Positions 13,748-27,578 of a stretch of 64,000 bases of DNA are shown piece by piece. Every line of letters begins with the position of its first letter. Position 1 is the first letter of the stretch. Location of the stretch: the NCBI GenBank assembly GCA_038087875.1, contig CM075987.1, positions 21,144,001 to 21,208,000 of the forward strand. The letters are read 5' to 3'. The notes beneath the pieces were generated by a model. The model was not told the origin of the DNA. It was given only the letters and a program-made list of their open reading frames with translations, and made no database searches. The position numbers and the translations under genes were made by a program. This DNA is from Malacoraja senta (Eukaryota).

Positions 13748-15492
13748 AACCATATATAACCATATAACCATAACAGCACGGAAACAGGCCATCTCGGCCC
13801 TTCAAGTCCGTGCCGAACATTTAAATTTTTTTTTTTTTTTTTAAATTAAAAATAAAATACTTCCCCCTAGTCCCATCTACCTGCACTCAGACCATAACCC
13901 TCCATTCCTTTCCCGTCCATATACCCATCCAATCTATTTTTAAAGGATAACATCGAACCTGCCTCCACCACTTCCACTGGAAGCTCATTCCACACAGCTA
14001 CCACTCTCTGAGTAAAGAAGTTCCCCCTAATGTTCCCCCTAAACTTCTGTCCCTTAATTCTCAAGTCATGTCCCCTTGTTTGTATCTTCCCTACTCTCAA
14101 TGGGAAAAGCTTATCCACGTCCACTCTGTCTAACCCGCTCATAATTTTAAAGACCTCTATCAAGTCCCCTCTTAACCTTCTGCGCTCCAAAGAATAAAGA
14201 CCTAACTTGTTCAACCTTTCTCTGTAACTTAGTTGCTGAAACCCAGGCAACATTCTAGTAAATCTCCTCTGTACTCTCTCTATTTTGTTGACATCCTTCC
14301 TATAATTAGGCGACCAAAATTGTACTCCATACTCCAGAATTGGCCTCACCAATGCCTTGTACAATTTTAACATTACATCCCAACTTCTATATTCAATGCT
14401 CTGATTTATAAAGGCCAGCACACCAAAAGCTTTCTTTACCACCCTATCTACATGAGATTCCACCTTCAGGGAACTATGCACAGTTATTCCTAGATCCCTC
14501 TGTTCAACTGCATTCCTCAATTCGCTACCATTTACCGTGTACGTCCTATTTTGATTTGTCCTGCCGAGATGTAGCACCTCACATTTGTCAGCATTAAACT
14601 CCATCTGCCATCTTTCAGCCCACTCTTCCAAATGGCCTAAATCTCTCTGTAGACTTTGAAAATCTACTTCATTATCCACAACACCACCTATCTTAGTATC
14701 ATCTGCATACTTACTAATCCAATTTTCCACACCTTCATCCAGATCATTGATGTACATGACAAACAACAGTGGACCCAACACAGACCCCTGAGGCACCCCA
14801 CTAGTCACCGGCCTCCAACCAGACAAACAGCCATCCACCATTACTCTCTGGCATCTCCCATTCAGCCACTGTTGAATCCATCTTGCTACTCCACCATTAA
14901 TACCCAGCAATTGAATCTTCTTAACCAACCTTCCATGAGGAACCTTGTCAAAGGCCTTACTGAAGTCCATATAGACAACATCCACTGCTTTACCCTCATC
15001 AATTTCCCTAGTAACCTCTTCGAAAAATTCAAGAAGATTAGTCAAGCATGACCTTCCAGGCACAAATCCATGTTGACTGTTCCTAATCAGACCCTGCTTA
15101 TCCAGATGCTTATATATATTATCTTTAAGTATCCTTTCCATTAATTTGCCCACCACTGACGTCAAACTAACAGGTCTATAATTGCTAGGTTTACTCTTCG
15201 AACCCTTTTTAAACAACGGAACAACATGCGCAGTACGCCAATCCTCCGGCACTATTCCCGTTTCTAATGACATTTGAAATATTTCTGTCATAGCCCCTGC
15301 TATTTCTACACTAACTTCCCTCAATGTCCTAGGGAATATCCTGTCAGGACCTGGAGACTTATCCGTTTTCATATTTTTCAAAAGTGTCCGCACCTCCTCT
15401 TCTTTGAATCTCACAGTTTCCATTGCTACTCTGCTCGTTTCCCTTACCTCACATAATTCCATATCCTTCTCCTTCGTGAATACCGAAGAAAA
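13748..15492 (-). mobile_element. 5'-truncated CR1-clade LINE with uninterrupted RT ORF
   Basis: ORF 13867..15573 has KSPGPD, NYRPVSLTS, DFSKAFDKV, GVPQGSVLGP, YADD, ERRRLRGDL; TTATATGG-type short-repeat tail at 13748-13774. Confidence 0.95.
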
Positions 15493-16983
15493 ATTAGTTT
15501 TTTGATGATCTGTATTTATTGTTAAAGAATAGTATACAGTCATTACACTTAGAAGAGAAATGCAAGTGGCCACTATATAGCTGGTAACACAGAATTAAGC
15601 ACTTAATCATATATGGAAGTCAGTTTGGTTCTTCTAGGCTGTGAGTAGCAGTAGATAGGTACAAATGTTTTTGAGCTGTGCTATTTTGCAGATTATTTCA
15701 ATTCGTTTTTTAAAAAATATTCTGCCACTGCTTTCTTTTCCCATAAATTACACGGGGCTGTGATTTATTGTTTCTGGAGGTCATCACTGTTGCTGTTGCT
15801 TTAAGTTATGTCAAATTTATTTCCAGAAAAAATGAATTTAATCCAACATATCAGTGCATATAGTTACGAATGTCCTCCTGTGTTTGATTGAGTATTAGTA
15901 TTCCCTTAAGTGACTAAAAATAACCTATCTATTCTTTAAACTCAAGAGAAAAACAATGTCTGGTCATTGCTCTTGATCTTGACTTGGATGTCAGTCTTAA
16001 TTTGATATACTAACTGTTGGTCACAACATTAGTCTTATTTATGCTAAAAGGACACTGCTAATGGCAAACACGCAATGCCCGTTTACTTGAAAATGCAAGA
16101 AGCTAGATTCCCCGGATTCCAGCATCATTGAAAATCTATTTGTGTAAATTTTATGAATTATTGTTGGATTTACCAGCTTTAATTTCCTCCAAATCTAAAG
16201 ATTGATTTTCAGTCCAACCCAGGTAAGCACATTTGAAGTATTGTTGGTGCTTAGAAAAGTCCATTTGGACATTGCAAACAGAGTTGTGATGAATATCAGA
16301 TAACATTTTTTTAGTGAAGTTGGATAGGTCCATAATCTGACTTCCTGCTATGAAATGTTGATCTAAATGGACATTTGTTTAAGGTTACACCCACTGTCTC
16401 AAATGACAGCCAAGATTATAAAGGTTTCAACCCACAATCTTCTGATATAGATGCAAGAGCACTGTCAACTGAACGGAGCCATAGATGAAGCTGTAATGAA
16501 GAACAACATTAGGGATAAAATATTTTTTTTTAAAGTGGGGTCCTTTGGACGGCAGCAATGAAGCAATTCTTGAATTCTCTACAGCAAGTTAAAAGCACAT
16601 TTAGTGGTTGACTGAAAACTGGTATCAAAGGGTAAATTTGGCAAAGTCAGTACAGAGGGCCACGGGCCTATTACATGGAATGGCTGGGTTGGTTGATCTT
16701 TGTTCCCAATCAGTGGTAGAGGTTACACTGCAAAATCTGCAAGGGAGGTGATAGAAACCATAACACAGAAACTGCCTGACCTTAATCTGCACTTGGCTCA
16801 AACTTCTGATCCACACTGCCTGACAGTGTTGCAGAACATGTTTGGAGATCAAATTTCAACTTGGCAAAGCAAACAAGTTTTTTTGGTAAGATGTTTCACT
16901 GCATTAAATATTTAAAGGGACTTGTTTAAGCATCCTGCGTCCATCAGAACTAATTATCCCTGGATAGGTGGACTGAGAATATA

Positions 16984-18637
16984 CAGTGCCCTCCATAATG
17001 TTTGGGACAAAGACCCATAATTTATTTATTTGCCTCTGTACTCCACAATTTAAGATTTGTAATAGAAAAAAATCACAGGTGGTTAAAGTGCACATTGTCA
17101 GATTTTAATAAAAGCCATTTTTCGACATTTTGGTTTCACCATGTAGAAATTACAGCAGTGTTTATACATAGTCACCCCCCCCCCCCCCCATTTCAGGGAA
17201 CCATAATGTGTGGGTCACATAAATGTCATGTAAATGAAAGTAGCCATGTTTAGTATTTTGTTGTATATCCTTTCCATGCAATGACTGCTTGAAGTCTGCA
17301 ATTCATGGACATCACTAGTTGTTGGGTGTCTTCTCTGGTGATGCTCTGCCAGGCCTGTATTGCAGCCATCTTCATGCTTGTTTTGGGGGCTAGTCCCCTT
17401 CAGTTTTCTCTTCAGCATATAAAAAGCATGCTCAATTTGGTTCAGATTGGGAGATTGACTTGGCCACTCAAGAATTGACCATTTTTTAGCTTTGAAAAAC
17501 TCCTTTGTTGCTTTAGCAGTATGTTTGGGATCATTGTCTTGCTGTAGAATGAACCGCCAGCCAATACGTTTTGAGGCATTTGTTTGAACTTGAGCAGATA
17601 GGATGTGTCTATTCACTTCAGAATTCATTATGCTACTACCATCAGCAGTTGTATCATCAGTGAGATAAGTGAGCCAGTACCTTCAGCAGCCATACATGCC
17701 CAGGCCATAACAACCCCACCACTGTGTTTCACAGATGAGGTGGTATGCATTGGATCTTGGGCAGTTCCTTCTCTCCTCCATAATTTGCTCTTGCCATCAC
17801 TCTGATATAAGTTAATTTTCGTCTCATCTGTCCACAAGACCTTTTTTTCCAGAACTGTGGTTGCTCTTTTAAGTATTTCTTGGCAAACTGTAACCTGACC
17901 ATCCTATTTTTGCGGCTAACCAGTGATTTGCGTCTTGCAGTGTAGCCTCTGTATTTCTGTTCATGAAGTCTTCTATGGACAGTGGTCATTGATAAATCCA
18001 CATCTGACTCCTGAAGAGTGTTTCTAATCTGTCGGACAGGTGTTTGGGGATTTTTCTTTATTATAGAGGAAATTCTTCTGTCATCAGCTGTGGAGGTCTT
18101 CCTTGGCCTGCCAGTCCCTTTGCGATTAGTAAGCTCACCAGTGCTCTCTTTCTTCTTAATGATGTTCCATAAGTTGATTTTGGTAAGCCTAAGGTTTGGC
18201 TGATGTCTTTAACAGTTTTATTCTTGTTTCTCAGTGTCATAATGGTTTCTTTGACTTTCACTGGCACAACTTGGTCCATGTGTTAACAGTAATAAAAGCT
18301 TCCAAAGGTGATGTAAAAACTGGAGGAAAGACTAGGTGGCTGAGAGCTCTCTTATACCTGCATTAAGGAGGCAATGAAACGCACCTGAGCAATTACAAAC
18401 ACCTGTGAAGCCATGTGTCCCAAACATTATGGTGCCCTGAAATGGGGGGACTATGTATAAACACAGCTGTAACCTCTACATGATGAAACCAAAGTGTATG
18501 AAAATGCCTTTATTAAAATCTGACAATCTGCACTTTAACCATGAGTATTTTTTTTCTATTACAAATCTCAAATTGTGGAGTACAGAGGCAAATAAATAAA
18601 TGATGGGTCTTTGTCCCAAACATTATGGAGGGCACTG
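16984..18637 (-). mobile_element. Full-length Tc1-family IR/DR DNA transposon with frameshifted transposase
   Basis: TA|CAGTGCCCTCCATAATGTTTGGGAC...GTCCCAAACATTATGGAGGGCACTG|TA; ~230-bp inverted repeats with inner direct repeats. The transposase is split over ORFs 18061-18279, 17729-18001, 17628-17837 and 17215-17628 (WTDETK, QQDNDPKH, SPNLNQIE). Confidence 0.96.
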
Positions 18638-19907
18638 TATGAGAATAACATGGTACCATTTTTATTTTTCATACATATTTCAATAAAGAAGGTATTCATC
18701 TCCCCTTTCAAGGTTGTTTTTCCATTTTTTTTTCTCTTTTTAAGAGTAAAGAAGATCTCATCTCTTGAGCATTGCACAATGTGTTCCAGGGATGGGGACT
18801 CTGATTCCGGATATTTGGCTGCCGTAAAATGGGAGTGAACTTTTTTATAACAGTAGAGGGAATAAGCTGGAACAAAACACCAGTTTTTCCGTTTTAGTTT
18901 GAATTGCAAAGGCTTTGCCTTTTGGTGATTCGAAGCTGTGAAAATCTGCAAGATTTGTATTTGCGTTGCAAATGTCTAACCAGTATATTATAAGACAATA
19001 TCTTGCACCGAGCCAAATAAGGATTTATTAATAAAGCTGACCAAAACCTTGGTCAAAGAAATGGATGTTGAAAAATATCTGAAAGCAGCACAGACAAACA
19101 AATTTAGGGAGGGAATTCAAGGACTCATTAATTTTTGATCCTTTCAGCTGAAGTGTAAGAGGTATTAAATAGTGTTGTCTTAGAGCTCTGGTACGCAAGA
19201 GAACTTGCGCCAGGAATGCATTGGAATAGTTAAATCTAGTGCTAATACAATCATCGGTGAAACTTTTTAACAGTAAATTGGCTGAGGTCAGATTGAGTTG
19301 GGGAAATTTAAGAGGAAAGTTTGGACATAAAATGACTTAAAATTACAGGTTGGGGTTCAAGACTTTGCAAGACTGTGTTCTTAGCCCTTTACTGTATTCC
19401 CTATACATGTGACTGCAACCAAATTATGTTCCAATTCATTTAAAGTTTGCAGAGTGGGCAGGATTACAAATAATAACGAGGCAGAGTACGGGAAGGAGAT
19501 CGAGAGCTAAGCTGCATGATGTGAAGCGAACAAACTGTCCCTCAATGTCAGAATAACGAAGTAGCTGGTCATGGACTTAAGGAAGCGGGGTGGAGTACTT
19601 AGGGTGTGGAATTTGAAGTTTGGCCATAACAAAGTAGATTGGGAGATGAAGAATTCATCTTTACTTGCAAGAGGATTATTGAATTCTTACTCTCTCAATT
19701 CACCTCATTGCAGTACTTGCACTTATTTATCTACACTTTCTCTGTAGCTGTAACACTACATTGTTTTTCATTTTTGCATTACCTCGATGTATGTACTTAT
19801 ATATGGCCGGATCGAACACAAAACAAAGTTTTTCTCTGTATTGCGGTACACATGACCATAATAATGACCATGTCACTGTGCTAGCGTATTCAAGTGTTAA
19901 TAGCAAT

Positions 19908-20710
19908 GAGTCTGAAGAAGGGTCCCAACCCAAAACATCGCCGACAATGTCCTCCAAACTTCCTGCGACTCCATCCAAGATATTTCCTCCCTCGACTCCG
20001 TCCAAGGACCCTGACAGTCTTTCCAGGTGAAGCAAAGGTTCACTTGCACCTCCTCCAACCACATCTACTGTTCCAGGAGTGGACTCCTATATATCAGCGA
20101 GACCAAGCGCAGGCTTGGCGATCATTTCGCTGAACACCTCCTCTCAGTCTGCCTAAACCTACCTGATCTCCCAGTTGCTAAACATTTTCACTCCCCCTAC
20201 CATTCCCACACTGACCTTTCTGTCCTGAGTCTCCTCCATTGTCAGAGTGACGCCCAGCGCAAATTGGAGGAACAGCATCTCATATTTCGCTTGGGCACCT
20301 TGCACCCCAGCGGTATGAACATTGACTTCTTTAACTTCAAGTAACCCTCTATCTCCCTCCTCTCCCCCTCCCTCTCTCCCCACTTTATCTGTTTCCTTTG
20401 TTGTCACCTTCTCCACGCTAACAATGATCAATTATTTTTTTTTGCTTGGTCTACACCTCTTTTGAAGTCTTGTTTTCACACTTTACTCTTCCTTATCTTT
20501 GTGTCTCCCTCTCCCCTGACTCTCAGTCTGAAGAAGGATTTTGATCCGAAACGTCACCCATTCCTTCTATCCAGAGATGCTGCCTGTCCCGCTGAGTTAG
20601 TTACTCCAGCATTTTTTGTGTGCTCCAGACATATTGCCTAAACTGCTGAGTTACTCCAACACTTTGTGTTCCACACAAGATTCCAGCATCTGCAGTTCCT
20701 TGTGTCTTCT
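19908..20710 (+). mobile_element. Penelope-like element 3' fragment with GIY-YIG remnant
   Basis: ORF 20027..20344 (LLYISETKRRLGDHFAEH...LIFRLGTLHPSGMN); terminal sequence like 28430-28530 with hammerhead-like motifs at 19912 and 20528. Confidence 0.85.
20525..20558 (+). ncRNA. Putative minimal hammerhead ribozyme
   Basis: CTGAAGA-A-GGAT(TTTG)ATCC-GAAA-C-GTC; stem II differs in sequence from other copies but still pairs. Confidence 0.65.
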
Positions 20711-22387
20711 GCTACAGCTTCTTTCTGAAAATGAAAACTTAAATTCTTATCAAGCCCTGGATACTAAGCAAAATTGATATCCATAAGCATACAGTTGTTG
20801 GGGAATTTAAAATTGATAGAAATTGTAATTGACCTATGGGTCAGGAAATACGGCTGCACAGTAATGAACAGTTTAAGGCAGTGTTTTACAACATTTGTTC
20901 GATAATGTGGCAGAGCCAGTTTTATCTTGGTTTGGTTTAATATTATAAATACATTTTTCAAGAACTTTGATTTTGAACAATTTACCAATTTACCTCCCAT
21001 AATGTGAAACTCTCCGTATTGCATACTTTAGCTGAGTAGTCAGGACAAAATCCAACAGATTTCGACAACAGCTGTCGATGCATTTCATGATCAGCCAACA
21101 GGAAGTATGACTCAAGCAACATGAGGTGGCCAATTACACTGTAGAACACCTCAGTTCTTCCAGTCACCCAACAAGGAACAGACCACATTCATCCAAATAA
21201 GGTAACTATGATCTCAGTAACAGGAAGCCATACGTTTAAACTAACTTCTTACTTCTGAAGACGTGCATTAAAGTTCTTCATCTGTCTCCATTTTTCTGTT
21301 TAGGATTCACAAGCTAAAGTGTTATGTAGGCAAACACTGCAATCAATCTGCACATCGCAAGATCAAACAAACAGACAGGGCTACAGCATTACAGAATTCA
21401 CTTAGTGTTGCACTGAAGTTTCAGTTTGATTTGCTTACCGAATGCTGGACTGACTTAACAGAGGCATATGCACTGCATATTTTATTTTATCGGTAAGAAC
21501 ACCAAAGCTGTATGGACATACAAACCTCTTGGTGCCCTTTCACCAAGGGGTCGTATTATCGCAGTTTGTGGACCTTTACTACTGTATTCAAATAATCTCA
21601 TAAATGAAGGCCAACATCTCATTTGGCTTCTGAACGGCTTGCTTCAACAATATATTGGTTTTCGGTTATATATAAAACAGACCCTCAGTTCCTTTAAACT
21701 TCAACTTTACCCAAAATCTCACAATTAAAAAATCACTGTTTTTTTGATTTATGCATCAAAATGGATGTTCACTTTCCACATAATTGAATTGAATACTTAA
21801 TTGTCACATGTGACAAGTCACAGTGAAATTCTTTGCTTGCATTCCCAAGGTATGCAAATAGTCACCCATAAAGGGTACTTTATATTGTATTATAATGTAT
21901 TGCATTATTATATTGCATCTGTCATGTTCTTAAACATTCAGCTTCACCATATCCTTTTTGAGCCCCTTCACGCCCTAGTCCTTGCACTCAATCTCACTGA
22001 CCTTGTATCATTAACAAACTTGGAACTATAACATTTCATCCCCTCCATCAAATTGGCCATAATGCGACGCACATTACTGTCCAGTGGAAGCATATAAATT
22101 TATTGGTGGCGATTAGTTGCTTTATTTAACATGAAAAAAACAATAGGCTGTTTCCATGATCAGTTGTTCACAAATTTAAATGAATGGAATTAATCACACT
22201 TAAACAAGCCTTTCAACATGGGAAATGACTCTGGTCTTTTTTGTTTGGCTGGATTATGAAGATTGTAATTCTGTACTTGTACCTTCTCATTTCACGGGCA
22301 CATAACTGCAGAGCTCTTCCCATTTGTGGCATTGTTTTTCAGGTTGTATAAATGGAAATAGTTACTCTTCTTTACACTTTGCAATGT

Positions 22388-22680
22388 TTAGTTTAGAGAT
22401 GCAACATGGAAACGGGCCCTTCAGTCGACAGAGCCAATCTCCATCCATCGATCACCCATTTACACTAGTTCTATATTATCCCACTTTTGCATCCACACCC
22501 TACATACTAGTAAAAATTAACAGAGGGCAATTAACCTTCAGACCCACGCATCTTTGGGATGTGGGAGGAAACCCATGTGGTCACAGGGAGAATGTGCAAA
22601 CTCCACACAGACAGCACGAGGTCAGGATCGAACCAGGGTCTTTGGTAATGTGAGGCAGCAGCTGTTTCAGCTGCACCACA
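22388..22680 (-). mobile_element. tRNA-derived V-SINE (HE1-like)
   Basis: Minus strand has an A box (TGGTGCAGCTG), B box (GGTTCGATCC), V-domain-like TGTGTGGAGTTTGCACATTCTCC...CTCCCACATCCCAAAGA and a CR1-like tail. Confidence 0.75.
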
Positions 22681-23499
22681 GAAATAAAGATTGCCACGAA
22701 CTTGCACCAAATATGAAATATTGGAATCCAATGGAAAAATAATGATTGGAGAGAGGTAAAAGCCCAGAAAGGTACTGGAGATATTTAGCAAAATGGTTTA
22801 AGATGAGGGAATTAAGTTGATAGTTTGGAGAAGCTGGCAAGTTCTCCCTGAATCAGAATAGTTATGATGGAGCTAAATAAAATAATCAAGTCTATTCAAA
22901 AGATAGAGAAAACAGGTTAGAAATTTTAACCTTCGTGGAGTCCAGGAATATTAGGACTATACATTAAAAGAGTAAAGTAGAAGAGTTAATTAAATTATGG
23001 ATTGGTAGAAAGATCAGGGGGGATTTTCACACAGAGAATGAGGGGTGTTTGGAGCTGGCTGCTTGAAAGTAAGTTGGAGTAGAAACTCCCACTGCATTTC
23101 AACGCCCTTGAAGAGCTGTAATCTGTTAGGATGTGGGCTGGTAAAGAGGGGTTAGGTTGTATTAACTGGCCCAAACATGATGGAGTGTACAGGTTCCTGA
23201 GTAATACATTTTCTCTGAACCATTGAATCGAATCAGCTAAGAAAGAGTCTCGACCCGAAATGTCGTCTGTCCATTTCCCTCCACAAGATGCTGCCTGACC
23301 CGCTGAGTTCATTCAGCAGTTCTTTTGCTCAATAATCCAGCATCTGCAGTCTCTTGTGCCTCCATAACGCTAATAATTCGCAGGTTTAGGATCAGGCTCA
23401 TGCTAGCCCGTTTAGCATTCTGCAAAAGTCAAGCGTACTTAACTGACAATGGGACAATGCATGTGTTACTTGCAGCAGTATAACGGACCGAAAACAAAA

Positions 23500-24139
23500 T
23501 AATATCAGGGCTTGATCGAAGGGCTTTGGGGCGAGTGCAGGGCATTCTTAGACGTTTTGTACAACGTTAAGCAGCAAATATATCATTGTTCGTATTTTCT
23601 CCCTCCCGCATGTAATTTGCTGGAGAGTGAAGACCAGAAACGCAAGAGTGATGTGGCCGTGCTTCGACTGGCTTTTATTAAATCCAGTGTGGGTGGCTCC
23701 AGTCTGCTGATGTCACCGATGGAAGCCAGGCAGGAGCTTCAAAGGCCTTCATTGTTGGTTGTGGAGCGTAAGCGAGTCTCCCAGTGCTGGGGTTGTGCAT
23801 GCGTGGGGTGGGCAGCAGGCTCGTCTGTCGTGCCCCGTTTCTCCGCCCCTTCGAAAAACGAATTCCGTTGGAGAACGCTTTCAATAGGATTTGAATCACA
23901 GCTACGGGGGAAAAAAAAAAGAATGGGTGCGGCGTGTGTTCGCTAAGTTTCAGACCCGACTGGAAAAACAACTTAAATCAGTTGTTCACCACTTTCCCCG
24001 CTGCTGCTTCTGAGTTTGAAGCAGACAATCCTGGAGCAGGGTTGAAATTTGATTTTTTTTTTTATCGAACTCGGGAGACTTTTTAAAAAGGAAAAGAAGG
24101 GGACGAAACAAAAAGATTACTCGAATTGAAGTTTAACAA
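23500..24139 (+). promoter_or_regulatory. Probable promoter / 5'UTR of ABL1 exon 1a
   Basis: Visibly CpG-richer, repeat-free stretch directly upstream of the exon 1a ATG. The TSS cannot be located from sequence. Confidence 0.5.
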
Positions 24140-24145
24140 ATGAAA

Positions 24146-24224
24146 ATGCTGGAGATTTGTCGTAAACTGGTGGGGTGTAAATCAAGGAAGACTCTCTCTG
24201 CTTCATCCAGCTGCTACTTGGAAG
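24146..24224 (+). CDS. ABL1: ABL1 alternative first coding exon 1a ([26 protein letters not shown])
   Basis: Translation matches the recalled human ABL1 1a N-terminus ([26 protein letters not shown]). It has 79 coding nt ending in G|GTAAG (phase 1) and joins exon 2 in frame. There is an in-frame TAA at 24134 and an extra in-frame ATG at 24140. Confidence 0.93.
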
Positions 24225-27200
24225 GTAAGATTTTAAATGCCTTAGGAAATCGGGCAAGTCGAGTGAGAGAGGCCCTGAAGTAAATTCCTGAGCTCTGGAA
24301 AAAAAAAATCCTTTTCAGAGGCCTCTGCTCTCGTGTGGGTGAGGAGGGGGGAAGAGAAAGATAGCAGTTTGCGTAAGCACAGACGTAAACAGCACAATTT
24401 TGGAAGACATTTTGCTCATGGTCACCGGAATAGCACTTGTGATTTGCCTCACTCTTCCAGACTCTTGGGGGATTTTCCTAAAATCCAGTTCTGCATAGCA
24501 TTGTATTAAGCTCCACGTACTTCCTTCTTAATTCTTTAACTTTTAAGATATGAATTTTCATAACCGTGGAAAGTTTTATTTTAAGTGTACCCAAAAAAAA
24601 TGTAGAGTTCGTTGTTCCGAGAAAAGTGCAATTCTTTATAAGTCTTTCAGCTACTCTGAATCTTGGCTTCTTCGTATTGTTTTTATTAATTCTCTTAGTT
24701 CATAATTAGTTTTACAATCAAGACTTTTAATGGAACTGTTAAAATATCAAATGTGATTTTGGGGGAGCATCACCATTGTGACAATGTCAATTGACACCGC
24801 CCAACTGTACGAATTCATGTACTTATCAAGGTACTGAGTGAATGTTGCTCGTTTCTTTGTGATATTTGACTACCTTGAGAGTAAATTAATTTGCCAAATG
24901 CCAGAACTGTTCAGAACCTCTTTGCTGAATAGGTAATTGCAGAATCATTTTAAGGTTTGAAATGACTGCTGTGGACATGGATCCTGTCGTGTGGTCATCA
25001 CTTCCGAAGAGTCCACCAGGGACTATAGCCATACCTGAGCCATGATGATGGGAGATTTCAAAGTGGTGATCTCCGAGAAATTAGATGAACCTTTTGCTTT
25101 TAACATGCTGGAATAAGTCACAGTGGGCTAATCAGTGACATTGGTTTGAAAGGTATCTGGCTAAATCCACAGCATGAATTGTGAAAGTTTTCAATTTGAC
25201 AGTCGGGGGAAGTTCTCTTAACTCATACCAAAGAAACTCAGTCCCAGTTTTTTGGTGCCAGGTGCCGAAAGGAATGTTGGCAGAGATGGATAGATACTTG
25301 ATTAGTACAGGGTAATGGGGTTAGGAGGGAGAGATAGTTCAGCCATGATTGAATGGTGGGCTGAATGGCCAAATTCTGTTCCTATCACTTATGACCTTAC
25401 ATTTTTCAACAGTAGTAGAAATGAGAGATATTCTGATTCAACTAATCATGAGAACTCTAGTTGATTCTATTTTGAAAAGCTATGTTGCAAAATGCTTTTA
25501 TAATAACGCACACTTGTGTATTGAATTTAGTCTGAAAACTTGGATTGTATGCAAGCATTAGCCATGCAAACATGTTTTGTGCACTATCGTCATCCTCTTC
25601 TGAGTCTTGGGTGGGTTCAATTGATTGGTGAAAGGTTCTTCATCTTATTATGGTGTGAGAAGAAGTGACCTGAATGTAACAACTGAGTCGGAATTTGATA
25701 CTGAGCTTTATAGGAGAGGACAGTGCCCAGGATGCTTGGCAAAATATATGCTTTCTACATTTTATATTAGAAAATGAGAGCATAGGAGGAGGCTGTGACG
25801 TTTACTAAATCCATTTCAGCTTCATCTGTCTTCCACATGGGCATGCCAAAATGCTGTAGCATTCTACTTGTGTGGAAAAATGTCTGTAAGCAACTTGAAA
25901 ATAGCAATTTATACTAAGTAACAAGAGAATCAGGAAAGTTACAAAGAATGGTGGTCAAAAACTGATACCGTAAAATTGAAGTTTGTGAGAAAAGAGCATT
26001 TTGTAGAGATTTCAAGGAGTTTCTAAGCACAAGATATTTGAACAAATTCAGAGCTAAGGTGGAAATTAATAATTAATGCACAAGATGGGAGAATTAAGAA
26101 GTAGCCAGAGATAAGTAAAACTTGTTGGAAAATGCATCACCTAGTCGGTTTGTTTTGCAGTGCATTAATTGCTGTGTAAATTGGTTTTGTTCTGTGCTAA
26201 TAGTGCTCAAACTTGAGTGGTATTTATTAGTGCAAGAGAGAGCATTCAGCTCCATGGATTCCATGGCATGTTATTCATCATTTATTTGAAGAAGTAGATA
26301 AATAATGACAACTTGGTTAATTTACAGCTCTGTCAGTGCTGTTCTGAAATGTCAATCCAGATTTGTATATTTGTGCAGAATAAAGTTTTGAATGCTCAAT
26401 GTTCTGACGATCATCAGTGCAGCCAAATCTAGTTCTTCAATATTATGGGCCATCTAGTGCCATCTAAGAGGTAATGCCTAGCTTTGCAGCAACAGATTGT
26501 ATTTATGCATCTTAATGTAGTTAAGCATCCATGGCACTTCAATGAAGAGTTTTAAAACCATATTGCACCAAACCACAGGGCATTTGAGGTAATAGTAGTT
26601 TATAAGGAGTATGTTAATGAAGGAGGCAGAAGCATAGAGGTTTAGGAGGAGAATTCCAGAGCCTGAGTGCTTGGCATTCAAAGGCTTGTTCCTAGGCTGC
26701 TATATAAGTTTGTATTTCAATAGAGTGGTTATGAATATACTCAAATTTATGTACTTAAAGCTGAGAAATATGAAAATGCAAGACCAAATATATTGGCAGT
26801 TGTTGGAATAAGCTTGCTTGTAATGGTCAAATGTGTGCCTCCATGTGTAATTCTTTCTTCTGAGTCGGAGTTCTAGTTCTAAAACTAACTTCAGAGGGAC
26901 TTCAGTACAGTACAAATGGCTACTCAAAGGTGCCCTATCTCAGATAGGACAATACACTGAGGCCTGTCTATTCTCTTTAAACATAAGACAAATTCTCCAG
27001 CACTGTTTCGAAGGAGAGCTAAAAGCCTTTATGTTGGGATATATTCGTTTCTCAATCAAGATGATAGAAAAATGTCCATTAGGTTATCTTATATTTTGTG
27101 AGAGTTTGTGTGTACATTGCCATGTTGTCTTCAAAGGTATTTGCCTCACTGTAAAAAGAGTTCTGGGATAACTTGTAACATGATGTTATTTTCCAGATCA

Positions 27201-27578
27201 CTCATGAAAATTGAGTAGTGTGAGCAATGGTCACTGCTCATAATGTGTCCATGAAAGTATCTATTTTGCACAGCGTGATTGATATTTGGGGTACATATCC
27301 AGAGGTGATAGTGGAAAGAGGCATTTAGACTGGCATATGAATAAGCAAAGTATAGGAAGGTACATACCTAATGTGGGCAATTGAGGTTAGTATAGATGGG
27401 TAAAAAAAATGCCATGGACTGGTGGAGAACATTGACTGGTGAAGTACTGTTAGCTAAGTCAATGCAGTGCAATGTATAGTTGGCATACTCTCTGCAGCCA
27501 CACTGCGTGTTGGTAAAGAGAATGAACATTTAGGGTAGTATTTAAAATATACTACTAGTCAAACAGGAAGAATATTAT

